This document shows positions 1 through 11,910 of a stretch of DNA of 64,000 nucleotides, piece after piece. The stretch's first letter is position 1, and every line of letters starts with the position of its first letter. This stretch comes from an uncultured Alphaproteobacteria bacterium (GTDB taxonomy: Bacteria; Pseudomonadota; Alphaproteobacteria; Rhizobiales; Xanthobacteraceae). The stretch spans positions 215,822-279,821 of the forward strand of contig CAVQOD010000002.1 of NCBI GenBank assembly GCA_963714345.1, written 5' to 3'. A program made the translations under genes and the position numbers. The notes beneath the pieces are model-generated. The model saw only the letters and a program-made list of their open reading frames with translations, was not told the origin of the DNA and did no database searches.

Positions 1-1162
1 CGTAGACCGTCGAGGTGTAAAAGTTGTTGATCTCGCGATAAACCTCGGGCCGCACCGGGTGGGCCAGCGGGCCGGCATCCTCGACGAACTGATGAGCGCG
101 CAGGCTCCGGACGTCGCTGATACGCTCGACCGCGCGCGAGCGCTGGTCGGCGGTGAATTCCTGGTCGCGGAACACCGTCAGCCCTTCCTTGAGACAGAGC
201 TGAAACCAGTCGCGGCAGGTGATGCGGTCGCCGGTCCAGTTATGAAAATATTCGTGCGCGATCACCGCCTCGATGCCGGCATAATCGGCATCGGTGGCGC
301 TTGACGGTGAGGCCAGCACGTATTTGTCGTTGAAGACGTTGAGCCCCTTGTTTTCCATCGCCCCCATATTGAAGGCGGAGACGGCGACGATCATGAAGAT
401 ATCGAGATCGTATTCGCGGCCGAACGCCGTTTCGTCCCAGCGCATGGCGCGCTTGAGACTGTCCATGGCGTAAGCGCAGCGATCCTCTTTGCCGGGCTCG
501 ACATAGATGGCGAGCTTAACCTGCCGTCCGGACATCGTCGTGAAGGTGTCCTCGACGCAGCCGAGATTGCCGCCGACCAGCGCGAACAGATAGGACGGTT
601 TGGGAAACGGGTCGTGCCAGACCGCAAAATGCCGCGCCGTGCCCGGCAGGTCGCCGTGGCCGACGAGATTGCCGTTGGAGAGCAAGACCGGCGCCTCTTT
701 CTTGTCGGCCTCGATGCGCGTGGTATAGACCGCCATCACATCCGGCCGATCGAGAAAGTAAGTGATGCGCCGGAATCCTTCCGCCTCGCATTGGGTGCAA
801 TAGGTCGCTCCGGCGCGATAGAGCCCCATGAGTTGGGTATTGCCGGTCGGATCGACGACGGTTTCGATCGCAAGCTCGAACGGCCGGTTCGGCGCCTGCG
901 CGATGGTCAGCCGATCCGGCGTGGCGACGAAATCCGCCGCCGACAGCGGCTTGCCGTCGAGCGCGAGCGAGCGCAGTTGCAATTCTTCGCCGTCAAGCAC
1001 CAGCGGCGCCGGCGTTCCGGCGGGGTTGGGCTTGATCTTGAGCTTGGCTCGGACTGTCGTCGCCGTGGGGTGCAGCGACACGTCGAGATCGACGGTCTCG
1101 ATCAGCCAAGCGGGCGGCCGATAATCTTGCAGACGGACGGGGCGGGGTTCTTCGGTGCGCAT
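1..1162 (-). CDS. pepN: Aminopeptidase N (M1 zinc metallopeptidase), N-terminal part. The gene continues past the window start.
   Basis: Own minus-strand translation from ATG (1162-1160): MRTEEPRPVRLQDYRPPAWLIETVDLDVSLHP. Near 270-1 it reads VIAHEYFHNWTGDRITCRDWFQLCLKEGLTVFRDQEF (HEXXH plus downstream E zinc signature). Missing from the ORF track because it is open at the edge. Confidence 0.9.
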   Translation of the reverse strand, partial: MRTEEPRPVRLQDYRPPAWLIETVDLDVSLHPTATTVRAKLKIKPNPAGTPAPLVLDGEELQLRSLALDGKPLSAADFVATPDRLTIAQAPNRPFELAIETVVDPTGNTQLMGLYRAGATYCTQCEAEGFRRITYFLDRPDVMAVYTTRIEADKKEAPVLLSNGNLVGHGDLPGTARHFAVWHDPFPKPSYLFALVGGNLGCVEDTFTTMSGRQVKLAIYVEPGKEDRCAYAMDSLKRAMRWDETAFGREYDLDIFMIVAVSAFNMGAMENKGLNVFNDKYVLASPSSATDADYAGIEAVIAHEYFHNWTGDRITCRDWFQLCLKEGLTVFRDQEFTADQRSRAVERISDVRSLRAHQFVEDAGPLAHPVRPEVYREINNFYTSTVY

Positions 1163-1204
1163 GATGGCCAGTGATGTAGAGGCTTTGCGCGCCGATTGAA
1201 AGCG

Positions 1205-2588
1205 TCACGGCTGTGGCCGGTTTCGCCCCGGCTCGGCGTGACCGATGACCCGCCGAATGGCCGGAAAGCGCCGGCGCAGCCGGCGTTCGAGCGCATCGAC
1301 CAGGTCGTGCACCGCGGCCACCGAGAGCGCCGGATCGACGCGGCAGTGAAAATTGACGATCTCGCCGTCGGGCGTTTCGCGCACGCGCACGTCGTGGATC
1401 TCGGCGAGGTCGGGAATCTCCGCCGCCAGCGCCGAGAGCGCTTCGCGCACTTCGGCGATCCGCGCCGCCGCGGCATCGCGCCCGGACAGCACATCGGCCA
1501 GGAGGGGTTCGATGTGGGTCTCCACTTCGACTTCCGGGCCGAGTTCGTCGCGCACGGCCTGTTCGAGCCGGCTCGCAATGTCATGGGCGGCGGCAAGCGA
1601 CTGCGCGCCCTCGACTTCGAGATCGGTCGAGACCGACAGACGCCCGGCGATCGTCTGCACCGCGACGTGGTGGATGGCGAGCCCAAGATCGCGCGCGATC
1701 ACCATGACCCGCTCGCGGACGGTTTCGTCGTCGAGCGCGCGCGCCTCGGTGGTGATGGTGACTTCGGCCGACGGCAAGTTCGGCGCGGATCGCTGCCGTC
1801 AACTCCTGCTTGATGGCGGTGACGCGGTCGAGTGGCAGCGTGCGGCTTACGGCGACGCCAAGCTCGACGAACAACACCGCGCCGGCCGGCCGCGCCCGCA
1901 CCCGTTCGACCGCGACAACGCCGGAGATCTGGCGCGCGATGCTCGCGACCCGCTCGCTCACGCCGGCCGGCGCGGTGTCGGTCAACGTGCCGATGGTGCG
2001 GCGGCCTAACCGCCAGCCGGCAATGCAGATAAAGAGCGCAACCACGATCGCCGCCGCGGCATCGGCGAAAGCATAGCCCGCCGCCACGCCGGCAAGTCCG
2101 ATCAGCACCGCGACCGACGACCACATGTCGGAAGAAAAATGCAGCGCGTCGGCTTGCAGCGCTTCGCTCGACGTCGCCTTGGCGACCCGGTTGAGGGTTC
2201 GCGCGCGGAAAAAATCGACCGCGATCGAGCCGCCGATAATGATGAAAGCCGGGGCCGTGGCCTCGACCGCATGCGGTTGCGCGCCGAACAGCCGCTGCAC
2301 GGCCTCGAAGATGACAACGGCTGAGAGCACGAATAGCAATGCCGTTTCGGCAAGCGCGGTCACGCTCTCGACCTTGCCGTGGCCGAATTGATGCTCGGCG
2401 TCGGCCGGCTTGTCGGAAACGCGAACGGCAAAATAGGTCAGCAGCGTCGCCGAAAGATCGATCAAGGAATGGCCGGCCTCCGAGAAAATCGCCAGCGAGC
2501 CGGTCATGAGCCCGATCGCGGCCTTGGCCGCTGCGAGCCCCGCGGACGCAACGATCGATCCGAGCGCGGCTTTTTCCTTGGCGTTCAT
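1205..2588 (-). pseudogene. Cation diffusion facilitator (CDF) transporter with three tandem C-terminal cytoplasmic domains. One apparent 1-nt frameshift near 1778-1790.
   Basis: ORFs 1581..2639 (TM domain, [18 protein letters not shown]..., GHSLIDL and HFSSDMW metal-site motifs) and 1205..1777 are one gene in two frames. The join ...TAAIRAE|LPSAEVTITTEA is restored by removing one t in gaacttgccg. Start placed at MNAKEK. Confidence 0.8.
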
Positions 2589-2739
2589 CGGGGGGTTCGC
2601 CGGAACTCGTCTCAAGCCGGCGCCCTTGAATGCCGGCAAATGTCTCTATCACTTCTCGAGGCCCAAGTGGCGATTGACGCACTGCTTACGGTCAAAGGGG
2701 CACTATTTGCGAGTTGGTGCGCACTATGCTGACGGCTTC

Positions 2740-3006
2740 GCTGTGCTCAACAAGTGGTACGGCACCGATATCGATGCCATGATGACCCGCACGGCCGAGA
2801 GTCCAATTCCTCGCGGCGAAGTTTTTGCAGGGAACTCACTCGTCGTTCTTGCGTTTGTTGTCAACGCCGAAGCTGCCGGACTGCTCGCTTTTGCGATCTT
2901 CTTCTGCGTGGCCATATACACGATGTGGCTAAAGCGCCAGACGCCACAGGATAACGTCATCGGCGGCGCCGCTGGCGCCCTTCCGCCGGTGATTGGCTGG
3001 GCGGGT
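2740..3006 (+). pseudogene. Remnant (~90 codons) of a protoheme IX farnesyltransferase (CtaB/CyoE family) gene
   Basis: Inside ORF 2506..3972 the segment [22 protein letters not shown]...[31 protein letters not shown] matches the conserved core of heme O synthases. Both N- and C-terminal thirds are absent. Confidence 0.6.
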
Positions 3007-3093
3007 AGCCAGCGGGTACTTAGGCTGCTTTCCCAGCGAGCCAACTTCAAAAGACGCGCGGTCCGTTCCGGGTCGGCGCGGGCTGGGTCTAGC

Positions 3094-3972
3094 ATGCGGT
3101 ACCTTTTCCCATCTGCCGCCTTGATCAGTACCGCCGCGCTTGGCGGCTGCAGCGAAGGCGTCCTCGATCCGCAGGGGCCCATCGCCATCGCCGAACGGCA
3201 AATCCTGTTCAACTCGCTCGGCATCATGCTGGCGATTGTGATCCCGGTAATCCTTGCGACGTTGGGAGTTGCATTTTGGTTTCGTGCGTCCAACAGGCGC
3301 GCAAGCTATCGTCCTGACTTTGTTTATTCCGGTCGTATTGAAGTGCTCGTCTGGTCCATCCCCCTGATGACGGTGCTCCTGGTTGGCGGCGTGGCCTGGG
3401 TCGGAGCGCATGACCTCGATCCGCGCAAGCCGATCGTTTCGAAGGTCAAGCCCGTCACCGTCCAGGTTGCCTCCCTCGATTGGAAATGGCTGTTCATCTA
3501 TCCCGACCAGGGCATCGCCAGCGTCAATCACCTCGTCATCCCGGTCGGTACGCCGGTCAGTTTAGAACTCACGTCCGCCGGCGTGATGAACAGCTTCTTC
3601 GTGCCGCAGCTCGGCAGCCAAATCTACACCATGGCAGGGATGACGACGCATCTTCAGCTTCAGGCGGACAAGGCTGGAAGCTACCCGGGATTCTCGGCGC
3701 AGTTCAGCGGCGATGGTTTTTCCGACATGACCTTCAAAGCCGATGCCGTGCCCGGCGCGAATTTTTCGCAATGGGTGGAGGCCGCGCGCGCATCCGGCCC
3801 GACACTCGACGCGCAAGCTTACGCCGATCTCGTCAAACCAAGTAAGGCTGTCGCGCCTTTCACTTACCGCGGCGTCTCCTCCGATCTGTTTTCCCGCATC
3901 GTCATGCCGGAAATGTCGATGAACGATCCGATCCTGCGGGTCTGTTCGGCGTCGTCAAGGACAGTGCAATGA
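3094..3972 (+). CDS. cyoA: Cytochrome o (bo3) ubiquinol oxidase subunit II, lipoprotein
   Basis: [19 protein letters not shown] lipobox, then LDPQGPIA...[20 protein letters not shown]...[20 protein letters not shown], collinear with E. coli CyoA. ATGA overlap with cyoB. Confidence 0.9.
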   Translation: MRYLFPSAALISTAALGGCSEGVLDPQGPIAIAERQILFNSLGIMLAIVIPVILATLGVAFWFRASNRRASYRPDFVYSGRIEVLVWSIPLMTVLLVGGVAWVGAHDLDPRKPIVSKVKPVTVQVASLDWKWLFIYPDQGIASVNHLVIPVGTPVSLELTSAGVMNSFFVPQLGSQIYTMAGMTTHLQLQADKAGSYPGFSAQFSGDGFSDMTFKADAVPGANFSQWVEAARASGPTLDAQAYADLVKPSKAVAPFTYRGVSSDLFSRIVMPEMSMNDPILRVCSASSRTVQ

Positions 3973-5957
3973 ACATTCTTGGCAAGCTCGACTGGAGTGC
4001 GATCCCGTTCGATCAGCCGATCGTCATGGGCGCGACGGCTGGGATGATCCTGGCCATCGTCGCCATCCTGTCGTGGATCGTCCTGGGAGGACATTTGCCT
4101 TACTTGTGGCGCGAGTGGATCACCTCCGTCGACCACAAGCGCATCGGCGTCATGTATATCGTGCTGGCTCTGGTCATGCTTCTGCGCGGGTTCAGCGACG
4201 CCATCATGATGCGATCGCAGCAGGCCGTCGCGGCGGGCGGCGCGCAAGGATATCTGCCGCCGGAGCATTTCGATCAGGTGTTCTCGGCCCACGGCACCAT
4301 CATGATCTTCTTCATGGCGATGCCGTTCGTAATCGGCTTGATGAACTTCGTCGTGCCGCTGCAGCTTGGCGTGCGCGATATGGCCTTTCCGACGATGAAT
4401 TCGGTGGCCCTGGGGCTCACCGCCTCCGGCATACTTCTGACCAATATCTCGCTCGCAGTCGGCGAGTTCGCCAAAACCGGCTGGGTCGCCTATCCGCCGC
4501 TCAGCGAACTGCAGTTCTCGCCCGGCGTCGGCGTCGATTACTATCTATGGTCGCTGCAGATTGCCGGCATCGGCACGCTGATGACGGGCATTAATTTCGT
4601 CACAACGATTCTGAAAACGCGCGCGCCGGGTATGGGCTACATGCGCATGCCGGTATTCTGCTGGACCGCGCTCGCCTCGAATCTGCTCATGGTCGCCGCC
4701 TTCCCAGTTCTGACCGCGACCTTCGCCATGCTGTTGCTCGACCGTTACCTCGGCTTTCACTTCTTTTCGGTCGACGGCCAAGGCAATCCAATGATGTACG
4801 TGAATCTGTTCTGGGTCTGGGGTCACCCGGAGGTTTACATTCTGATCCTGCCGGCGTTCGGCGTGTTTTCGGAAGTGATCTCGACTTTTTCCGGCAAGTC
4901 GCTGTTCGGTTACCGCTCGATGGTCGCCGCTACGATGGCGATCTGCGTTCTCTCCTTCCTCGTCTGGCTGCACCACTTTTTCACCATGGGCGCCAGTGCG
5001 GACGTCAACGGTTTTTTCGGCGTCATGACTATGATCATTGCCGTGCCTACCGGCGTCAAAGTGTTCAACTGGCTGTTCACGATGTATGGCGGGCGCATCC
5101 GCTTTACCGTTCCGGTGCTGTGGTCACTCGGTTTCATGGTGACGTTCGTTATCGGCGGCATGACCGGCGTGCTAATGGCGGTGCCTCCGGCCGACTTTCA
5201 GCTCCATAACAGCGTCTTCCTGGTCGCGCACTTTCACAACGTCATCATCGGCGGCGTCGTGTTCGGCGCCATGGCGGGCTTCAATTATTGGTTTCCGAAG
5301 GCATTCGGCTTCAAACTGGACGAGCGCTGGGGCAAGGCCGCGTTCTGGTGCTGGCTGGTCGGCTTTTACGTCGCTTTCATGCCGCTCTATGCGCTGGGGT
5401 TAATGGGCATGACCCGGCGCATGCAGCACTATGACGACAAGAGCTGGCAGCCCTTCCTCATTGTCGCGGCGATCGGCGTTGCCATCATCATGGCCGGCAT
5501 CGTATGCCAGATCATTCAGCTCATCGTCTCGATCCGCGCGCGTGAAACGTTGCGCGTCGGCGATGACCCGTGGGACGGGCGGACTCTCGAATGGTCTACG
5601 GCATCGCCGCCGCCGGCATGGAATTTTGCGATCCTGCCGCATGTCGACGGCGCTGATGCCTTTTGGAGGGCCAAGCAGCAGGCGCAGCGCAATCCGGAGC
5701 ATCGCGATCAATCGGGCGAATACAAACCGATCGAGGTACCGCCGAACAGCCCGATTGGCTTTATCAACGCGTTTTTTGCCGTCGTCACCGGCTTTGCGCT
5801 GATCTGGCACATCTGGTGGATGGCGGCTCTGGGCTTGATCGGCGCGTTCATGACCTTTCTGTTCTTTGCGTTTCGCGATGAGGAGGAGGTCGAGGTATCG
5901 GTTGAGCAGATCGCTCAATTCGAGCGGCGTCGTCGGGCGGAGGTTGTTGCGCCATGA
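3969..5957 (+). CDS. cyoB: Cytochrome o ubiquinol oxidase subunit I
   Basis: 662-aa ORF: [41 protein letters not shown]...[45 protein letters not shown], near-collinear with E. coli CyoB. Confidence 0.97.
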   Translation: MNILGKLDWSAIPFDQPIVMGATAGMILAIVAILSWIVLGGHLPYLWREWITSVDHKRIGVMYIVLALVMLLRGFSDAIMMRSQQAVAAGGAQGYLPPEHFDQVFSAHGTIMIFFMAMPFVIGLMNFVVPLQLGVRDMAFPTMNSVALGLTASGILLTNISLAVGEFAKTGWVAYPPLSELQFSPGVGVDYYLWSLQIAGIGTLMTGINFVTTILKTRAPGMGYMRMPVFCWTALASNLLMVAAFPVLTATFAMLLLDRYLGFHFFSVDGQGNPMMYVNLFWVWGHPEVYILILPAFGVFSEVISTFSGKSLFGYRSMVAATMAICVLSFLVWLHHFFTMGASADVNGFFGVMTMIIAVPTGVKVFNWLFTMYGGRIRFTVPVLWSLGFMVTFVIGGMTGVLMAVPPADFQLHNSVFLVAHFHNVIIGGVVFGAMAGFNYWFPKAFGFKLDERWGKAAFWCWLVGFYVAFMPLYALGLMGMTRRMQHYDDKSWQPFLIVAAIGVAIIMAGIVCQIIQLIVSIRARETLRVGDDPWDGRTLEWSTASPPPAWNFAILPHVDGADAFWRAKQQAQRNPEHRDQSGEYKPIEVPPNSPIGFINAFFAVVTGFALIWHIWWMAALGLIGAFMTFLFFAFRDEEEVEVSVEQIAQFERRRRAEVVAP

Positions 5958-6586
5958 GCGTTGCTGTCACCTTTGACGAAGTCGGGCACCAAACGCTGCC
6001 GACCGCAAGCGAAGCCGGTCCAGCTCCGAAGCGGATCGTTGTCGCCTATGGCTTCTGGATCTTCCTCCTCAGCGATATCGTGATGTTCTCGGCGCTGTTT
6101 GCCGCCTACGCGGTGCTCGTGCATGCGACCGCGGGCGGCCTGGCCGGCGTACAGCTCTTTAATCAACGCAGCGTCGCGATCGAGACCGCATGCCTTCTCG
6201 CCTCAAGCTACACCTGCGGACTGATGTCGCTGTCGATCAGTTCCCGGCGCTGCGCTGCCACGTATCTGTTCGCTCTCGTCACTTTCGCGCTCGGGGCCGC
6301 GTTCCTCGCTCTCGAGATCCACGAATTCGTCGGCATGATAGCGGTCGGAGCAACTCCAGAGCGAAGTGCCTTTCTCTCGGCGTTCTTCACGCTCGTTGGG
6401 TGCCATGGACTCCATGTCACGGCAGGTTTGATCTGGCTGACGGTGATGATGGCGCAGGTCGCCATCAAAGGTTTTCGCCCGGCCGTGGTGCGACGCTTGC
6501 TGTGCTTTGCTCTCTTCTGGCATGCGCTCGACATCATCTGGGTCGGGCTCTTTACGGTCGTCTATCTGATGGGAGTCGCGCCATGA
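5954..6586 (+). CDS. cyoC: Cytochrome o ubiquinol oxidase subunit III
   Basis: 210-aa ORF with [19 protein letters not shown]...[19 protein letters not shown]...[14 protein letters not shown] overlaps on both sides. Confidence 0.93.
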   Translation: MSVAVTFDEVGHQTLPTASEAGPAPKRIVVAYGFWIFLLSDIVMFSALFAAYAVLVHATAGGLAGVQLFNQRSVAIETACLLASSYTCGLMSLSISSRRCAATYLFALVTFALGAAFLALEIHEFVGMIAVGATPERSAFLSAFFTLVGCHGLHVTAGLIWLTVMMAQVAIKGFRPAVVRRLLCFALFWHALDIIWVGLFTVVYLMGVAP

Positions 6587-6978
6587 CGGATACCCACTAC
6601 GATCGCGCAGCCGGCGACACCTCGACGCTTTCACAAGCGCGAGGCTGGGTGCCGTCCGGTGTGGTCCTCTACACGATCGGACTGCTTCTGGCCGTGATCC
6701 TCACGGCGACGTCGTTCTGGGCAGCGAACACGTCGTTGCTCTGGGCTCCCGGCGTAGCGCTCGGACTTGCCGTCCTGGCCATCGCGCAGATCGGCGTTCA
6801 CCTGGTGTTCTTTCTGCACATCACCACCGGACCGGACAACACCAATAACGCGCTGGCGCTGGCCTTTGGAATGCTCATCGTCATCCTCGTGATCGGCGGA
6901 TCGCTTTGGATCATGACAAATCTGAACGCCAACATGATGCCGATGGCCGACCTGATGAATTTGCAGATGCAGCGCTAA
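6583..6978 (+). CDS. cyoD: Cytochrome o ubiquinol oxidase subunit IV
   Basis: Start MTDTHYDR overlaps the cyoC stop. Three-TM small protein (…VLYTIGLLLAVILTATSFW…QIGVHLVFFLHI…) in the canonical fourth position. Confidence 0.85.
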   Translation: MTDTHYDRAAGDTSTLSQARGWVPSGVVLYTIGLLLAVILTATSFWAANTSLLWAPGVALGLAVLAIAQIGVHLVFFLHITTGPDNTNNALALAFGMLIVILVIGGSLWIMTNLNANMMPMADLMNLQMQR

Positions 6979-7125
6979 ACGGCGTCGCATGCAGAGTGAT
7001 CGCTGGAGCGCGTCGGTGCACATAGGCGCGTACCAGTCTCTGTCGGACTGGTGAGCCCGTCCTAATTTCAGTACCGTGCCGCGACGCGAAATGGTACGAC
7101 ATAAGATATATCGGAAATTCTTCAA

Positions 7126-8165
<1,040 letters not shown>

Positions 8166-8167
8166 CG

Positions 8168-8278
8168 GCGAGCCGGGAATCCATAACCACCGGGTTCCCG
8201 GGAATAATCCAGTGCCAGTTCTGCAAGTTTCGTGGCTATGGATTCCGGGCTCCTCGCTTTGCTCGGCCCCGGAATGAC
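8168..8278. repeat. Family-A palindromic REP/MITE-like element (left arm truncated)
   Basis: cgagccgggaatccataaccac (8168-8189) is the inverted repeat of gtggctatggattccgggctc (8231-8251), followed by ...ctcggccccggaatgacg. Same architecture as 50972..51111 and 53454..53590. Confidence 0.8.
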
Positions 8279-8288
8279 GAGACTCACC

Positions 8289-9132
8289 ATGATCTTCGGC
8301 GTTCCGTTGAGCGAGATCGCCTGGCTCGTGCTTGCCGTCGTCATCGGCGGCGTCATCACCGGAATCCTCGCCGGCACTGTTCGGCATCGGCGGCGGCGCG
8401 GTGATCGTGCCGGTGCTCTACGAGGTGTTTCAGCTGCTCGGCGTTGCCGGAAGATGTCCGCATGCAGCTCTGCGTCGGCACCTCGATCGCCATCATCCTG
8501 CCGACCACAGTGCGTTCCTATCTGACGCACCGGCAAAAGGGTCTCGTGGTGCCGCGCGTGATCCGGCTGTGGGCGCTGCCGGCCGTCGTCGGCGTCGCCT
8601 GCGGCGCGGCGATCGCAGCGTTTGCGCCGGCGGCAGTGTTCAAGATCGCCTTCATCGTGATCGCGAGCTTTCATCGCCACCAAATTTCTGTTTGCCGGCG
8701 ACCGCTGGAATCTCGGCACCGAACTGCCCGGGCCGCTGCCGATGACGGCCTACGGTTTCGTCATCGGCTTGGCCGGCTCGCTGATGGGGGTCAGCGGCGG
8801 CTCGCTGTCCAACATCGTGCTCACGCTCTACGGCAAGTCGATCCACCAGGCGGTCGCGACTTCGGCCGGGCTTGGCGTGCCGATCACCATCGTCGGCACG
8901 CTCGGCTATATTCTGGCCGGCCTGCCGCACCAGGCGCTGTTGCCGCCGGCTCTCGCTCGGCTTCGTGTCGCTGATCGGCGTGGCGGTGATGGCGCCGGTA
9001 TCGAGTTTCGCCGCGCCCTACGGCGCGCGGCTCGCCCATCGTCTCTCGCGCCGCACGCTCGAGATCGCGTTCTCGAGTTTTCTGTTGCTGGTGTCGGCGC
9101 GGTTTTTGGTCAGCTTGTTTTGGAACGTCTAA
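8289..9132 (+). pseudogene. TSUP (TauE/SafE sulfite-exporter family) membrane permease; four apparent frameshifts (~8375, ~8448, ~8670, ~8950)
   Basis: Five frame segments join into one protein: MIFGVPLSEIAWLVLAVVIGGVITGILAG / LFGIGGGAVIVPVLYEVFQLLGVA / EDVRMQLCVGTSIAIILPTTVRSYLTH... / FIATKFLFAGDRW...GLAGSLMGVSGGSL... / LSLGFVSLIGVAVMAPVSSFAAPYGARLAH. The upstream part of ORF 8232 (MAMDSGLLALLGPGMT) is REP-encoded. Confidence 0.75.
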
Positions 9133-9133
9133 A

Positions 9134-9206
9134 GTAGCCCGGATTGCGCAAAGCGCAATCTGGGGAACGGGACTTCCGGATTTCGCTTCCGCTCAATCCA
9201 GGCTAC
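9134..9206. repeat. Intergenic palindromic REP-like element (gtagcccggattgcgc ... gctcaatccaggctac)
   Basis: Terminal ~16-nt imperfect inverted repeats seen directly between convergent genes. Confidence 0.6.
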
Positions 9207-9210
9207 GTGT

Positions 9211-9912
9211 TTACGGATAGCCCTTGAGCACCAGCCGGTCGCCATTGACTTGCCAGCTTTGCAGCCGGTTGAGAAAGCTCATGCCGAGCAGGCTCGTCTT
9301 GAGCTGACCGGGCTGGACCACCAGCGCGTCGACCGATTTTTCTTCGAGGCTGCCGATGGCGATGTGATCGAGCGTCACCGGCGCGGCGCGGGTGCGGCCG
9401 TTGGCGGTATCGATGCTCACCGAATAGTCGAGCAGAGCGAGCGGCAGGCCGGCGGTCTTGGCGTCGTCCTGCGTCAGCACGACCGAGCTTGCCCCGGTGT
9501 CGAGCACCATGGCAACGCGGGCGCCGTTGATCTGTGCGGCAATGGCAAAGTCGCCGGCGCCGGTGCGGGCCACCTCGACGGTGCGCCCGTGGGAAATGAC
9601 GTGGCCGGGAACGAGCTCGGCGACCACCCGGTTGGCGACCTCGGTTATTTCGAAGCGGTACGAATAGCCGATCACCAGGAGAAGGCCGACCACGACCCAT
9701 AGCAGCGCCGCGGTGATCGCCTGCGTAAAGCGCTCGCGGAACAGCGTCATCACGGCCGCGGCGAGAAATACCAGAAGCGCAATCTTGTAGGCGAACGAGC
9801 CGAACTCGTCGGCGGACAGCGGGCCGACCGAGCCGCGGCCGTTTTGCGCGATAAGGATCAGGATTGCGATCGCAATCCCGGCCAATAGAAACCACAGCAG
9901 GCGCCGGCGCAC
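9211..9912 (-). CDS. Membrane-anchored retropepsin-like (clan AA) aspartic protease
   Basis: ORF 9211..10044 contains ...INGARVAMVLDTGASSVVLTQDDAKTAGL... (DTGA active-site motif) after two TM segments. The first ~44 codons are REP-encoded. GTG at 9912 (MRRRLLWFLLAG...) has aaggga 8-13 nt upstream. Confidence 0.75.
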   Translation of the reverse strand: MRRRLLWFLLAGIAIAILILIAQNGRGSVGPLSADEFGSFAYKIALLVFLAAAVMTLFRERFTQAITAALLWVVVGLLLVIGYSYRFEITEVANRVVAELVPGHVISHGRTVEVARTGAGDFAIAAQINGARVAMVLDTGASSVVLTQDDAKTAGLPLALLDYSVSIDTANGRTRAAPVTLDHIAIGSLEEKSVDALVVQPGQLKTSLLGMSFLNRLQSWQVNGDRLVLKGYP

Positions 9913-9976
9913 GTCGAAATGTCCCTTGAGAATCGCGAGGCACCATAGACGCGAAGCCGGCGAAGGCAAGGCGCTA

Positions 9977-10065
9977 GCGCATGATCCCGAAAAGTGGATA
10001 CCGGTTTCCCGCCTTCGCGAAGCCCGCTTCGGCGGGCGAAGCAAGGTCGGAAAAGATCATGCGCC
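9977..10065. repeat. Family-B repeat (gcgcatgatc...ccgaaaagtggataccggttt...gatcatgcgc)
   Basis: Terminal inverted repeat gcgcatgatc/gatcatgcgc. Related copies at 41916-42007 and 42763-42811. Confidence 0.75.
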
Positions 10066-10075
10066 AAAGAGTCCT

Positions 10076-11672
10076 TTATCCGCCGGCGCCGAACAGCGCC
10101 CGCTTGGCGCGGCTCGTCGAATCGTCGGGCGTGGAGGCGGCCGAGGAGGCATCGGCATGCGGCTGGATCGGCGGCGCGTTCTCGGAAATCGGCGCCAGCG
10201 CCGACATGACGCGCTCGGGCGGAAAGGTGACGATGACTTCGGTGCCGATGCGCAATTTCGATTTCAGCGTGAAGGTGCCGCCGTGCAGGTCGATGAGGTT
10301 CTTGGCGATCGGCAGGCCAAGCCCGGCGCCCTGTTCGGCCGATTTGATCGAGTTCGAGCCCTGGCCGAACGAAGCCAGCACGATCGGAATTTCCTCTTCC
10401 GGAATGCCGGGGCCGGTGTCCTTCACGCTCATGTACTGGCCGCCGGACGCGGTCCAGCCGACCTTGAGCCAGATTTCGCCGCCTTGCGGCGTGAACTTGA
10501 TCGCGTTCGACAGCAGGTTCAAACAGATTTGCCGCACCGCGCGCTCGTCGCCCCATAGCCGCGGCAGGTCCGGCTCGAACATTTCGTGGATGGTGATGCC
10601 GCGATTGGTGGCGCGCAACTTCAAGCAGGTGGTGGCAGTCCTCGACTATGCGATTGAGCGAGACCGCTTCCTCGTTGAGCTCGTAGCGGCCGGCCTCGAT
10701 GCGCGACAGGTCGAGAATTTCGTTGATGAGATTGAGCAGATGCACGCCGGAGCTATGGATGTCGCCGGCATAATCCTTGTACATCGGCACGCCGTGCGGC
10801 CCGAAAATTTCGCCTTTCATCACTTCGGAGAAACCGAGAATGGCGTTGAGCGGCGTGCGCAGCTCATGGCTCATCTGGGCGAGGAAGCGCGATTTCGCGA
10901 TATTGGCGGTCTCGGCGCGCCGCCGCGCCTCGTCGGAGACCGACTTCGATTGTTCGAGTTCGCCGATCAGGGCGTCCTTTTCGGCGCGCGCTTCGAGCGT
11001 CGCCAGCGTGGTGGAGTAGAGCCGGTAGGCGAGCAGCGAGAAGTAGCCTTCGGCCGTGAGCGCCATGATGGCGAGGATATAATCGTGCAGCGTGCGCTTG
11101 GCGGCGAAATCGAGCGCGATCGCGATCGTGACCGGCAGCGTCAGCGCGAACACCGCGATCGGCAGGCTCGACGCCAGCATGCTCGATATCGCCACAACCA
11201 GCAGCATGACGAACAGCATGAAGGTGGCGGCCTGATCGTCGATGCCGATCGGATTGATCAGGATGAATGTCCACGCCATGCCGAAAAACAGATCGAGCAG
11301 GACGAAGCGCATACGCCAGGGGCGAAGCTGCACGGTCGATGCCGGCTCTTCGAGGAATGCGCGGCAGGCGCGAATGACGACAAGATGGATGATGAGCGCG
11401 CCGGCGGTCCATACCCCGCAAACGAACGCTCCGGTCCACAGCCCCGACAGCGCGCCAATGGTGACGACGAGGAGCAGGATGACCGGAGATGCCGAAATGC
11501 GGTTTTGCGCAAACTGGCGCAACAGCTCGTAATCGAAGACCGGCCGCGTCCCGCTCGTCGAGGTGAGCCGATCGCGCGCCTCCCGCACGTGCTGGGATGC
11601 CAGCCGCCGCTTGGTTGACGGAGCGGCAGCCGGCGAAGCAAGCTCGTGCGTATCGCTGATTGTATTGGGCAT
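10076..11672 (-). pseudogene. Membrane sensor histidine kinase (HisKA + HATPase_c); one apparent frameshift (~10625)
   Basis: ORF 9858..11762 carries multi-TM N-terminus and H-box FLAQMSHELRTPLNAILGFSEVM. The catalytic domain (LSNAIKFTPQGGEI...DTGPGIPEEE...GAGLGLPIAKNLIDLHGG) is in ORF 10076..10624. The join EDCHHLL|KLRATNRGITIHE needs removal of 1 nt. Start at MPNTISDTHE is tentative. Confidence 0.85.
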
Positions 11673-11910
11673 CGCGGACCGAGGCTGGCGCACTTTCGCC
11701 AAAAGTGGCCCAAATTCCTTAAGACGAGGCTTAAGGGCGCGCGTTTGCGGCGCCGTCGGCAAGCATTTGTTTACGTTTGGGCCGCGGTCGCTCGGCCGGG
11801 CTGGCGCACGCCGACCGCCGCACCGATCGGCACGCTGGCGAAGGCCGGCAGAGCGGGCTAGGCTGGCGCGATAAGTCGATGTGCCGCAAGGGGATAAGGA
11901 GGCGATCGCG

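Noticed and set aside
2506-3972. 488-aa ORF that looks like a single large protein
   Set aside because: It is a chimera. It contains non-coding read-through, a ~90-codon heme O synthase remnant and the true cyoA, which starts at the lipoprotein signal [19 protein letters not shown] (ATG 3094).
8232-8288. N-terminal extension MAMDSGLLALLGPGMTRLT of the TSUP permease ORF
   Set aside because: It is encoded by the family-A repeat unit (atggattccgggctc...ccccggaatgac). The real start is taken at MIFGVPLSEI (8289).
9858-10620. C-terminal ~250 residues of the 634-aa ORF 9858..11762
   Set aside because: This is out-of-frame read-through after the frameshift at ~10625. The real kinase catalytic domain is in ORF 10076..10624.
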